Assembly: GCA_002104905.1 (NCBI GenBank)
Contig: MCFE01000010.1
Span: 62,001 to 126,000 of the forward strand
Reading direction: 5' to 3'
Source of the DNA: Basidiobolus meristosporus CBS 931.73
Lineage: Eukaryota; Fungi; Basidiobolomycota
Length of the DNA: 64,000 nt
Shown here: piece after piece, positions 23,902-35,643 of the stretch
Layout of the letters: each line of letters starts with the position of its first letter
Position numbering within the stretch: the first letter of the stretch is position 1
Made by a program: the position numbers and the translations under genes
The notes under the pieces: generated by a model
Told to the model about the DNA's origin: nothing
What the model saw: the letters and a program-made list of their open reading frames with translations, nothing else
The model's database searches: none

Positions 23902-24971
23902 TGTGGTGGTGTATAAGTCCAAGGGAGGGATACGTCCAACACTTCTCAAGTGTTTTGTGTGTGGGGTGTTCACTGGGTGCGATAACCTCTGGCAAAAGCT
24001 TGCTAGGAATACTTGGGTTCTGTTTCTAATCTAATGTGAAGGGGAATAAAGCCACAAGTTTGTCAAGGGAAAACTATTGAGCTACAATCCCCAACTTAGT
24101 TGGCGTCTTTACAAAAGTATGTGCTGGGTTCAGCGTCCTTTGAGATGACAATGTACTAAAGCTTCCAAAGTCAAAACAACTGTAAACTCCACCAGCAGGG
24201 ACTTGATAAGAATGCAGCTGAGGTCAATAGTTACAAAGACAGACAAGTATCTTTGCCTGTACAAGAACAAACTTGGGAAAGAATCAAATATAATAAAAGA
24301 TACCTACTCTGAGTATTCCTCACAAGTAGTGCCTCCAAGGTCAGTTGGCTGTCAGCGTGGTTTCCTAGGAGTGTCCTGTGGTCTGGGGTTGGAAGTTCAG
24401 GTAGCAGCAGGTAGCAGTGATCACACTAATCAACAAGTTGGTATATTGAAAAAGGGATGATGATTTGTTGTTGAGGGATAGCCTCCCTTATATACTTTTC
24501 TCACTGGCTAAGCAATTACTAATCATGGTGTTCCAGAAGGTTCCGGATATCAATAGAAATCTTAATGACATCAGAATGACCTAAGAATGTTCTAAGTAGG
24601 TGCCGGAAGGTTCTAAGAGGCACAGCACATCCAACCAATCAGGAATCAGTATTCTGAAACCTGTGTAACATGGGGATACCATATATGGTATGGAAATGGT
24701 AGGGATGGTGACACGGGTTGATCATGTGTCACGGGTACTGGCGCGGGTACTTGCCTAATATAGAAGCACTTGTAGCTAGTAATCTTACATAAAGTGAGGG
24801 GTAACTTATGCAATAAGGTAAGTAGGTGTGATAGTCAACCGGCTTATGGGATAGTACTGATTGGGTAAGACAAATGGGATAAAACTAAAATAAGTGTAGT
24901 AGAGATATAGGGAAGTGGAAAATAAGGGAATGAGCACATCTGTCAGTGGGTGTCACTGTCACCCTACTACA
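23902..24971 (-). repeat. Solo LTR C1 (1070 bp), related to A LTRs
   Basis: TGTGGTGGTGTA..TACTACA termini; 4-bp TSD GCGC (23898-23901 / 24972-24975); central promoter block homologous to the A LTR. Strand inferred from that homology. Confidence 0.92.
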
Positions 24972-27900
24972 GCGCAAGCATATCAGATATATTCAATGGC
25001 AAACATTTCAAACAGCTAAGGAGCAAGAGCTACTTTGAAGCTACATATGACCATGCCTTTGCCTTTGCACTTGATGGATTCTCATTAGACAAGTACTCTA
25101 CTAGCAAATCCTGCCAGCTACTAATTCTCATCAACCTGAATCTGCTGTTTATCTTACGGTATCAGAACAGAAATCTGAAGGTAGTCTTACTGGTATTTGA
25201 ACCTAAATCACCACCCAACCTGGATAGCTACCTGTATCCATTGCTGGATGAATTTTGTATGCTCTTCAGTAGGATAACAGTAAATGTCTCACACTTAAAA
25301 GCATATTGGAGATATCCCAGCCTTCAGCAAGATAGCCAGATGTGTTGGGCACAATGGATGGTAGTGCTGTTGAATGTGTGAGATCTAAGGGACTTACTCC
25401 ATAACTCACACACACTATTATTACCCAAACACCAACACCAAGAAATCATCTTTCCATAGTGAGAATGTATTGAAGTCAGCATGCAATTGCAACAAAATTA
25501 GCAAGCTATAAGTCATTGGTAAGAATATGGAATTAACTGGAAACTAGAGATACCTAAGATAGAGGGTATCTGCTAGAGCCAAAGCTTTCCACTGAGATCA
25601 ACGCATTTGCTTTTCAACAATATCCCTATACTGTTTACCAAGTTGTACATGGGGAATTTCAAGCTAAATGAGCCCTTTGAGACACTGGGGAAGTTTGAAA
25701 GTATAGACAATATATTACAGAATATCTGCTACCCTAAATACTCTGCACCAGCTCCATTTAACATTCATATGCATATGCAACACTACAAGTGCAAGGACTG
25801 GATGAGCTGGATATGAGTATATTGAAGTGGCCTTCTGAAGCCATTTTGACCAAGAGTACATTGGAGGCATTTGGAGTCATGTGTTGGCATTGTAGGAATA
25901 CTCAACCAGAAGCAGATCACTAATGCCCACATAATCAATCTACAGCTTTTATGCAAGAAGTTTTTGACAGGATTTGAGTGGCTATTCTACAAGCAAAAAG
26001 CTGAACATATAGATGTCTGCCACTACTGTATTTATTCTCCACTCTATCTTGCTTGGTGTATGGAAAACATTAGGTCTTTCTTCAACTATTGGGAGCTTCC
26101 AATGGAGCAGATGCTTGGGGAGATTGGAAGACAAGTCAAGTCATAGGTACTACCAAATGCCAATTTCATCAAGAATATTACCGTCAAGTCTTTTATAGAT
26201 GTGATGAGTTGGAACATGGAGTACAGCCAGGAAGAGTTAAAAGATATTGAGGGCAGATGTGCCCATTGAACACCTATGCCTTTGTCATTAAGAAGCTAAG
26301 CAGCCCCAACTTGTGGGTCAATAGTAGAGTATTGTAAAGCTTGGGTGGGCACTATAGGCAACTAACTATTTTAGGACAGCTTTACTAAGTTATGCAAACT
26401 TCTCTTGGTCAGCAGCCAGCTCCTACACATTTCAATACCAAATTCACCCAAACAAATGCTGCAGTGCACTAAAAGGTCAACTTAAATCCAGCAGGGATAA
26501 GGAGTAAATGGGCTAAAAACCAAGAGGTTCCTTGCAGTTATTCAGGAGTCATTTGTGGGAATAATGGCAGCAACCAAGTGTATATTGCAAGATCTATATG
26601 TTACCAGCAAATCAAGGTATATGGCAACTTTGCAAGTATCACACTAAAAAGCCATAAAGTTGAGATGATTGAAGTATATCAATTTCAGCAGGTGTGTAGG
26701 TATGTGGAGGTTAGTAAGCAGGAGGCCATAGCTATTTTTGATTTGAAAATATGCAGAATGCCTGAGGTAATAGTGGGTAAGCAAATCAAGAGAGTGACTC
26801 TACAGTGTAGAATTTGAATGGCACAAGTGGAGATAGAATGGAAAATATAATTTAATAAATTGGTATGGTTGCATTTTACACATTTAGCTGTAGGCAGCTG
26901 CACTGCCATGGTAATGTCTGCAAAGATTTGCAATGAAGCCATCAAAATACTGCCAAGTTTCTTACCATATATAGCAGTAGGATGTACTGGCTGGTCAGGT
27001 CCACTCAAATAAATGTAGCATGCATTAAGACTGTTAGAATGCCATGCAATTCATGTAATAAGACCTCCTAAACACCATCAAGTTTTTTATTGTAGTTGGC
27101 AGTAAAATCAGCAAATGCCATCACATTTCCATCATAAGACTCTATCAATGAGTGCTAATTGCAAGCTCCTGGCATTCTGATGGACTCAATCCAGCATCCT
27201 GATGGCTGATCCTGATTGGATCCACTTGCATTACAAAATTATTGTCATAGAGTAATGTGGCTTTGTGTGCCAGTATGATCTTCACTCTGTCTATAAAGGA
27301 GGATATGGAGGCATTAGTAGACATATGACCATTGTGTGCAAGCTCATCCACCTTATTGAAATGTAGTTCAGCTGACCATGCTTCCAACTCTTGGGAAAAC
27401 AGCTGTCTACATATTAGTAATGCTGCTTGGCTATTTTGGAATTTAGCCTGTTATGGACTGACAGTATTAGTAGGTGAGCACTGCAGCTTTTTTCTCACGC
27501 TTCCCTGTATATAACCTGGGTAGACTTTTTTCTGTTTATCACCGTCAAGTCTTTCACTGCTACTTTGCCTGAGTGATACTTGTATTTTACCCTGTTTTCT
27601 TCTTGATGAATGCTGCACTGGTGCATCCACTTTGCCTGCCTGCCCTTTGCCAGCACTATGCTGGAAATTTTGCACTTCTTTGCCATTTGTGTAGTACTCT
27701 CAGCTCTGTGCATAAAGAGTACTTAAGTAAGCTGTGGGCTTTTAGCATTATTGAGCCCTTCATTGCTAATGTGAATGTGTTCTTCCTGTTTTGCACTACC
27801 CTTTCTCCTTGATGAATACTGCACTGATCCATCAGTTTCTGTTCACTTTTTTCTTACCGGTGTGGTGGTGTAGAGGTACTCCTGGGAGAAGCTACACAAC

Positions 27901-30895
27901 TTAAGGTGTGTGAGGTGTCTGCTGGGTGCAATAACCTCTGTGTCTAAACTGCTGGTGTCTTTGTCAATATGTCACTATGGTAAAAGCTTCTGCTTCTCTA
28001 GCTTCCTAGGTGCTCCAAGTGTCTCCAAAGGCCTCTGTGTGTCTTGTGCACTACCCTGAAAAGCTCCTTGATGGCAGATCTGAGATGTACTGTTGAAGGC
28101 AGGTGCAGTGATCAACTGCTATTTAATAAGGTAGAAGTGTTACTGATAGAAGGGATGATTTATTGATGAGGGATTGCTTTCCCTTAAATACTTCTCCTGA
28201 TTGCCAAGTGATTACTAATGACAAGGTTCTAGAAGATTCTAGGTATCAGTGGAATTCTTGATGGCATCACTATGAGCTAAAAATATGCCAAGAATATCCT
28301 GGAAGGTTCTAAAAGGCACAGCACTTTCAATCAACCAGGAATCAGTAGTCTGAAACCTGTGCAACTTGGAAATACCATATATGGTATTGAAATGGTAGGG
28401 ATGGTAACACAGACCTAGGTCATGTGTCACAGGTACTGATGCGGGTACTTGCCTTATTTAGATATATCTACTTATCACAAAGCTGAATAACATCTGGGAT
28501 AACTAATGGTAATAACTAATCAGGGTAAACATCATATGGGGATAACACTAATAATATGGGCAAAAGAAGAATGGGATAATACTGATAAGATATAATATGG
28601 ATAAGTATATCATAATGACTATATGAGTAAACTTGTCTGTGGGAGGTATGTTTACCCTACCACATCCACCCCCCCCACTTGAGCTAAAAAGTTTCAGGGA
28701 ACTTTTTAGCTAACCACTGTAAGCTTGGAGAACAAAGTGCTCTCTCAGTCTTCCTCAATGAAGCCACCTGTCCTTTCTTGGGATAGAAATCTACATGATG
28801 TCATTGATTGGATATTATTTGAGTCCACACCACAGAAGGTTGCTGTTAGTCCTGGGCTCTCTGAGTATATAGTATACCATGCTGAACCATCTGGGTAGTT
28901 CACTGCAGTTGCTCTTGCTTTTACCTCCCATGGTCTTCCAAGAAGTAATTCAAAGTTAGCCTTTGCACAAATGAATACTGGGATCTCATGGGGTATTCCC
29001 TCAATGATGAGAGGGAAGCTGTGAATAATTCCTAAAAGCTTTGATTGCCCTGAGTGGGCATCCTTCATGCTCCATTTGATATTGGTGTCTATGGGCAATA
29101 GGTCTTTGCATGGTAGTTGTTCCCAAGCCTCCAAAGGCATCACACATATCTCAGATCCACTGTCTATATGACATAGGATTTCTTGATTATGCACAGTTCC
29201 TGTAGTTGTTGCAGTTGCCACTGAGTAGTAGTGTTTCTGGCTTTGATGCAGCTTACTGGTATCTTGGCTTCCTTGTACTGTCCTGACCTGGTTACCTTGA
29301 GTTGCTTCAATTGGATGCTTTCTTATTCTGATGTGCTCATCCAGAGTCTTTCTTAAAGATGGTGATACACTGAGTAGCTCTCCAACCTTGATTGATATGT
29401 TGCTTCCTAGTATATGACTTGTCAGAGCCTCTGGGGTACCATTTTGCTTGACTCTAGGCTGCATGTGGTAGTTGTTGGCCTTGGCAGACTCTTGTAAAAT
29501 CAATGGGGGTGATGCTTTCTTCTCAATCACAACTTCTGGCTCACATCATGGTACTTTTGTTGGTGGGCCTGGATTAGCCATTTTTTCAGAATGGTGTCTC
29601 TTTGAAGCATAAATTGAAGCTATATGATCTTGGGCCTCTCTGGGGTCCTCATAGTCAAAGTTCAGAACTTCAGCTGGATCAAAGTAGTCAGGATCTTCTT
29701 CTTCATGGAGGTGAACCTTTCATGTATGAGAGGTGACTTGCTTGTAGTGAACTCTCATTCCTCCTTGTCCAAATGCTGTGGATAATTTGTCACTGTGCTT
29801 ACTGACTATGTATCCCTGAGGACTATATAGGACATCACCTGTGGATAGTAATGACTGAAGCTCTTGGCAATTTCTCTTAGAATGGTTGGCAGAGTCACAC
29901 CACATTCATGTATATTTGACTTCTTTCTCTACTGGCTTCTGACCATATGCTTTGCTGGCAAGTAGCAAAGAGAGTTTCTCTAGTTACTGTGTCAGCTCCT
30001 GAATTTGAGTGCTTTGATTGCTGGGATTAAGTATGTCTTGGCTATCTTGGTTTTGTTCTGGGCTTGAAAGAAGCTTTCTGATTGGTGAGGTTTCTTCAGG
30101 GGCAAGTAGAATCTGCTTAGCTAACTGAAATGCAGGCAATGAACTCATAGCTTTCACAGTAGGATTGTTTTCAATCCTTCTCACCAGGCCTTCTGGTTGT
30201 GCTCTGAGCAGATAGGCAGATAAAGTCATATCAGTGATAATGCCTTGGGCTTTCAGTGACTCTCCAATTTGCTCAAGGCCACTCAAGTATTCTTTCAATG
30301 GTAGCAGCTTAAACTTGCTATAAGCAAAGTTCTCCAAGTCTTGAAGTGTGTAGTCAACTTGTCTCTGTCATGATCACATGACAACCATGAACACCCATGC
30401 CAAGTTTCAACTTCCTAGCTCAATTTCTAAGAGATTCCTTCTGAAACCTTCTACCACCTTCCAGAAAGTTCCTGACCATTCCAAACCATTGTTACACAAT
30501 GGAACATTCCATGGAACCTTCCCATTGTATTTTTCATAGTCCAGTACCATATATGGAAATACCAGGTCACATGACTTAGTCACATGATCAGGTGACCCAA
30601 TCCATTTCCCCATCCTGTCTCAGTGCCATGTCATCTATGTCATTATCCCCAGCACCATTGCTGTGCCTCACCCCACAACCCCATTAGTATTAGCTAATAT
30701 CTCTCGGCATCAGTATAGTCAAAAAGTATATATAGTCCTATCCCCCCTTAAGTATTCCTCAGTCTGATAAACACAGGTCTTGAATAAACAGCCTTGCCTT
30801 GGAAATCCGCCTTGCCTTGTTGATCCACACCTAAGTCCTTTCCTGGTCCTGCTGTGCCTAGCTTTTCCTCCTGCCTTGTGTCTATCCATAACAGT

Positions 30896-30906
30896 TTTAT
30901 CAGACT
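30896..30906 (+). other. Self-priming PBS of chromovirus B
   Basis: tttatcagact is the exact complement of agtctgataaa at 30761-30771 in the LTR, ~30 bp downstream of a TATATATA box. Confidence 0.8.
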
Positions 30907-31299
30907 CTCCTGACTTACCTGTGGATCCCTGCCTTCTGCCCAAAGTTTGAAGAAAACTTGTAAAAGGAATACTTGCCGTAAGTATCACCCATCATCTTTC
31001 CCTAGTCTTGTCCTATAAAGGCAAAGATACTTTATCTTTGTAAAACTATTGGTCAAAGCTGCATTCACTTTATTACCCTGCTGGTGGAGTTTACAGTTGT
31101 TACAGTATTGGAAGCTTTAGTACAATACTCTATCAAAGGACATCAAAACCAGTACCTTCTGAAGTGATGCTAACTTATTTTAGTTGGGGATTGTGGCTCA
31201 ATAGTTGTATTCTTGACATACTAGTGGCTTTACAAACCCACAATCTAGTTTAGTATATTCCAGTATTCCTTGCAAGCTCATCCGCCTTCCTCTGCTACC

Positions 31300-32232
31300 A
31301 TGTCCAACCTAGAGCTGAACTTTGCCCAGCTCATGGCTGCCTTTACCCTACTGCAGCATGACCATGCAGACCTCAGAAACACTCTTGCTCATTTCCAGAA
31401 CCAAAGTGTCCAGCAAACTAGCCATGTCCCAGTCTACCAAGAACCCAAGTATACTCCTGCTACCAAGTTCAATGGCTCTCAGAATGAGTTCCATGGCTTC
31501 ATCAACATGGTGAAGAACAATCTTGCACTCCAGCCCAACTGGTACCCCACTGACCAGGCCAAAGTTGGTTTCATCTCCAACCTGCTTACTGGTACAGCTC
31601 TCAAGTGGTTCTCCCCATTAGTGGAGACCAACTCTCCCCTCCTCAGAGACTACCAAGCTTTTCACACTGAAATGGAGCTAACATTTGGTAACCTTGACCA
31701 AGCCAGAACTGCTGCCAACAAGATCAACACCCTCAAGCAAGGGAACAAACCAGCATCAGTCTATGCCTCAGAATTCCAACAACTCTCCAGTGACCTTAGC
31801 TCCTGGGGTCAAGCAGCCTTGATTAGCCAATTCCAAGATGGCCTCAATGATGAAGTTTGTGATCTGTTACTCACACTCCCAGATCCAGATACATTGGTTG
31901 AAGCTATGCACCAAGCAATCCAGTGTGATAACAGACAATTCCAGAAGAAGCAAAAGAACCGTCAAAGACACATTCCTGTTGCAGTCCCAGCCCCTCCTGC
32001 TCCCCAAGTCACTCCAGAAGATCCTATGCAGATTGATAGTACCAAATACAAGAAACTATCAAAGAGTGAAAAGTCCAGACATCAACAAGCCAACCTCTGT
32101 CTATACTGTGGCCAAGCAGGTCACTTTGCCAAGTCCTGCCCCAACAAGAAGTCCAGCTTCAAGCTGATGCAGTCCTCCAGCAACCAACCTGATTCAGATC
32201 TGTTGGGAAACTCCAATGTCCAGTTGCACTGA
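31300..32232 (+). CDS. Gag of chromovirus B (retrotransposon gag plus zinc knuckle)
   Basis: Open frame from ATG 31300 with LLTGTALKWF, LKQGNKPASVYASEF, DPMQID and CLYCGQAGHFAKSC. Confidence 0.88.
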   Translation: MSNLELNFAQLMAAFTLLQHDHADLRNTLAHFQNQSVQQTSHVPVYQEPKYTPATKFNGSQNEFHGFINMVKNNLALQPNWYPTDQAKVGFISNLLTGTALKWFSPLVETNSPLLRDYQAFHTEMELTFGNLDQARTAANKINTLKQGNKPASVYASEFQQLSSDLSSWGQAALISQFQDGLNDEVCDLLLTLPDPDTLVEAMHQAIQCDNRQFQKKQKNRQRHIPVAVPAPPAPQVTPEDPMQIDSTKYKKLSKSEKSRHQQANLCLYCGQAGHFAKSCPNKKSSFKLMQSSSNQPDSDLLGNSNVQLH

Positions 32233-32249
32233 CAGGCTTGCAACTGGAC
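32205..32249 (+). other. -1 ribosomal frameshift signal between gag and pol of B
   Basis: G GGA AAC slippery heptamer in the gag frame, 6-nt spacer, 11-bp stem gtccagttgca / tgcaactggac; the -1 frame continues into the protease. Confidence 0.8.
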
Positions 32250-35200
32250 CCACCCATGAAAATCCAGCATGTCCAAGAATCTTCCTTTGCCACAAAATCT
32301 ATCCAGTCCTTGAGAATGCCTGTCAAAATCTGGATCCCTAACTCCAGTCCTGTCCCAGCCCTAGCCCTGATTGATTCCGGTGCTTCATCCTGTTTTGTTG
32401 ACCAAGCCTTTGTCCAGAAGCACTCTATTCCTGTTACCTTGAAATCCTGTCCAGTCCAAGTAGAAGTTATTGATGGAAGATCACTCTCCTCTGGTGCCAT
32501 TACCCATGAAACATGATTACTCCAGCTGTCCAGTACTGCCCACCAAGAAAGAATTGCCTTCAACATCATCAACTCAACACACTATCCTACTGTGCATGGA
32601 AGCTCATGGTTGAGCTACCACAATCCAAGTATTGATTGGAAATCCAAGATCCTGTCATTCACCAGATCCCACCAAGTCAACTCCATGAAATCTCCAGACC
32701 CTGATAACCATGAAAAGACTGTTGCCAACAGTTCAACAGCCCAAGATACCTTGCCAGCTGAAGGAGCCCCCTCAGCAACTATACCAGCCAAGTACCAAGA
32801 GTTTGCCCATGTCTTTGACAAGAAGAAAGCAGAACTCCTCCCTGACCATTGGCCTTACAACTGCCCTATTGACCTTGAAGATGGAAAAGTCCCTCCATTT
32901 GGCCCAATATATAACCTCTCCCAGCTGGAGTTGAAAGAACTCCATGGTTATATTGAAGAAAACCTCCAGAAGGGTTTTATTCAGCACTCCAAATCACCTG
33001 CTGGAGCCCCAATCCTCTTTGTCAAGACAAAGGATGGCACACTCAGATTGTGAGTGGACTACTGTGCTTTGAATAAGATCATAGTCAAGAACCACTACCC
33101 CCTGCCCCTGATCAACACACTGTTGGATCAGCTATCTGCTGCCCAAGTCTTCACCAAGATAGACTTGAGAGGAGCTTACAATCTTGTCAGAATCAAGCCT
33201 GGTGATGAATGGAAAATGCCTTTCGCACAAGATATGTCACTTTGAGTACAAAGTAATGCCATTTGGCCTCACCAATGCCCCTGCTGTGTTTCAACACCTC
33301 ATGAATGACATATTCCATGAATACCTTGACCAGTTTGTGGTAATCTACCTTGATGATATTCTCATATACTCCAAGAGCCAAGATGAACATGATGAACATG
33401 TCAAGAAAGTATTGAGAAAACTAGACTCTGCCGGTCTCTACGCCAAGCTAGAGAAGTGTGAATTTGACCAGAGAGAAGTGGAATTTCTTGGTTACCTCAT
33501 CAGCCCTGAGGGAACAAGAATGGACTCAAAGAAAGTTGACTCAGTCCAATCCTGGAAAACTCCAAGCTCAGTCAAGGAAGTACAATCCTTCCTGGGATTT
33601 GCCAACTTCTATTGCAGGTTCATAGCCAACTACTCCAAGATAGTCACCCCTCTGACAAAGCTTACCCAGAAGAACACACCTTTTGCCTGGAATGAGGAGC
33701 AATCCAGCTCATTCAACCAACTCATGAAATCTTTCCTGAAGGCCCCCCTGCTTGCCCACCCTGACCTTGAGAAGCAATTCATTGTGGAGACTGATGCTTC
33801 TGATTTTGCCCTTGGTGCCATACTCTCACAGTATGATGAGGACAATGTGTTGCACCCCATTGCATTCTACTCTCAGAAGCTTTCCCCTGCAGAGATCAAC
33901 TACAATATCTATGATAAGGAGTTGCTTGCCATCATTGTAGCCTCTGAGCAATGGAGACACTACCTGGATGGTGCAAAACACAAAATCAAAGTCTTCTGTG
34001 ACCATAAGAACCTTGAGAACTTTGCAACTTCCAAAGTACTAAACTGGAGACAAGCCAGATGGTCACTCTTCCTGTCCAGCTTTGACTTTACTATCACCTA
34101 TAGACCTGGTGCAAAGCAAGGAAAGCCGGATGCCCTGTCCAGAAAAAAGGAATCTGCCCTGGAAGAGGGTGATGATGCCTGTCGGCAAATGGAACACCCA
34201 TTGCTGAGCAAGAAACATTTTGAAATTCTTGCCACCCAGTCCTCAAGTCTTGTCATCCCTTCATTCCTAGTAAGGATATCTGAATCCCAAGCCTCTGATA
34301 TGACTTCCTGCACCATCAAGAAATATCTGGAATCCCCAGTTGGGCCCCCTCCCAAGTTCCCAAACATCCAGAACCAGCATTTGGTAAACAACCTCATCTA
34401 CCACAAGAAGCAGCTTTATGTCCCAGACCTTGCCACCCAGCTAGACATCATTAAGTCTTGGCATGATTCAATGGCTGCAGGCCACTTTGGTACTGCCAAA
34501 ACCTTGAATGCTATCAAAAGAGATTTCTGGTGGCCTAGAATGATAACTCTTATCAAAGAGTACATTCTGACTTGTGATATTTGCAACCGTGCAAAACCAG
34601 CCAGACACCAGCCCTATGGACTTCTTCAGCCCCTGCCTATCCCAGAACACCAATGGAGATCTATATCTATGGACTTCATTACTGACCTCCCTGAGTCATG
34701 TGGCTTCAATGCTATACTTGTAGTGGCTGACCAGCTGACCAAGATGGCTCACTTTATCCCTTGCTGTAAGAACACTGATGCAAAAGAAACTGCTGTTTTA
34801 GTCCTGAAGAATATTTTCCGCCTTCATGGTATCCCCAGTGATATTGTGTCAGATAGAGGCCCACAGTTTGCGTCCAAGTTTTGGAAACACTTCATGCAAT
34901 ACCATGGTGTTCAAGTCAAGCTCTCTACTGCCTTCCTTCCACAGTCTAATGGCCATACTGAAAGAATCAACCAGATTTTAGAGCAATACCTCCGGTGCTA
35001 TATCAATTACTAGCAAGACAATTGGGCTGATCTACTCCCTGTTGCTGAGTTTGCCTACAACAACTCAAGCCATAGTGCAACTGGTTTTACACCATTCTAT
35101 GCAAACTATGGATTCCACCCCCAGTTTGATATCCAGATTCCAACAAACCCAATGAGCCCACATGCAGCTGAACATGCCCAAGCAATCCAGGACATCCAGA

Positions 35201-35643
35201 ACACCCTCAAGGAAGAGCTATCCTTAGCTCAGGAAAGCTACAAGAAATCTGCCAATCTGAAACTGCATCCCGGCCCTGATCTTAATGAAGGACATTCAGT
35301 ATGGTTGCTCAGAAGAAGCATCAGTACCAACCGCCCTTGTGACAAGTTGGATTTCAAGAAACTTGTTCCTTCAAGATCAAGAAGAAGTTTAGCCCTATAG
35401 TATATCAGCTACAGTTACCAGCAAGTATGAAAATCCATGATACTTTCCATGTGTCCCTCCTAGAGCCGTATTGTAGGAACACATTGCCAAACCGGCAAGA
35501 AGCAAAGCCCCAAGCCATCCAGGTTGACCAATATCAAGAATTTGAAGTTAAACAGATTCTAGACTCCAAGTATATCTGGTCAAAGCTGTACTACTTAGTA
35601 GACTGGATTGGTTATGATCCAAGTGACCAAACATGGGAACCGG

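Larger units (their letters stand above)
17703..27252 (+). mobile_element. CMC/EnSpm-like DNA transposon copy E1 (left end lost), carrying D3 and solo LTR C1
   Basis: Segments 17703-17797, 22490-23901 and 24976-27252 are the reverse complement of E2. Transposase motifs DIFNGKHFKQL..FALDGF..PKSPPNLDSYLYPLLDEF. Right end attattgtcatagag approximates the E TIR. Confidence 0.85.
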
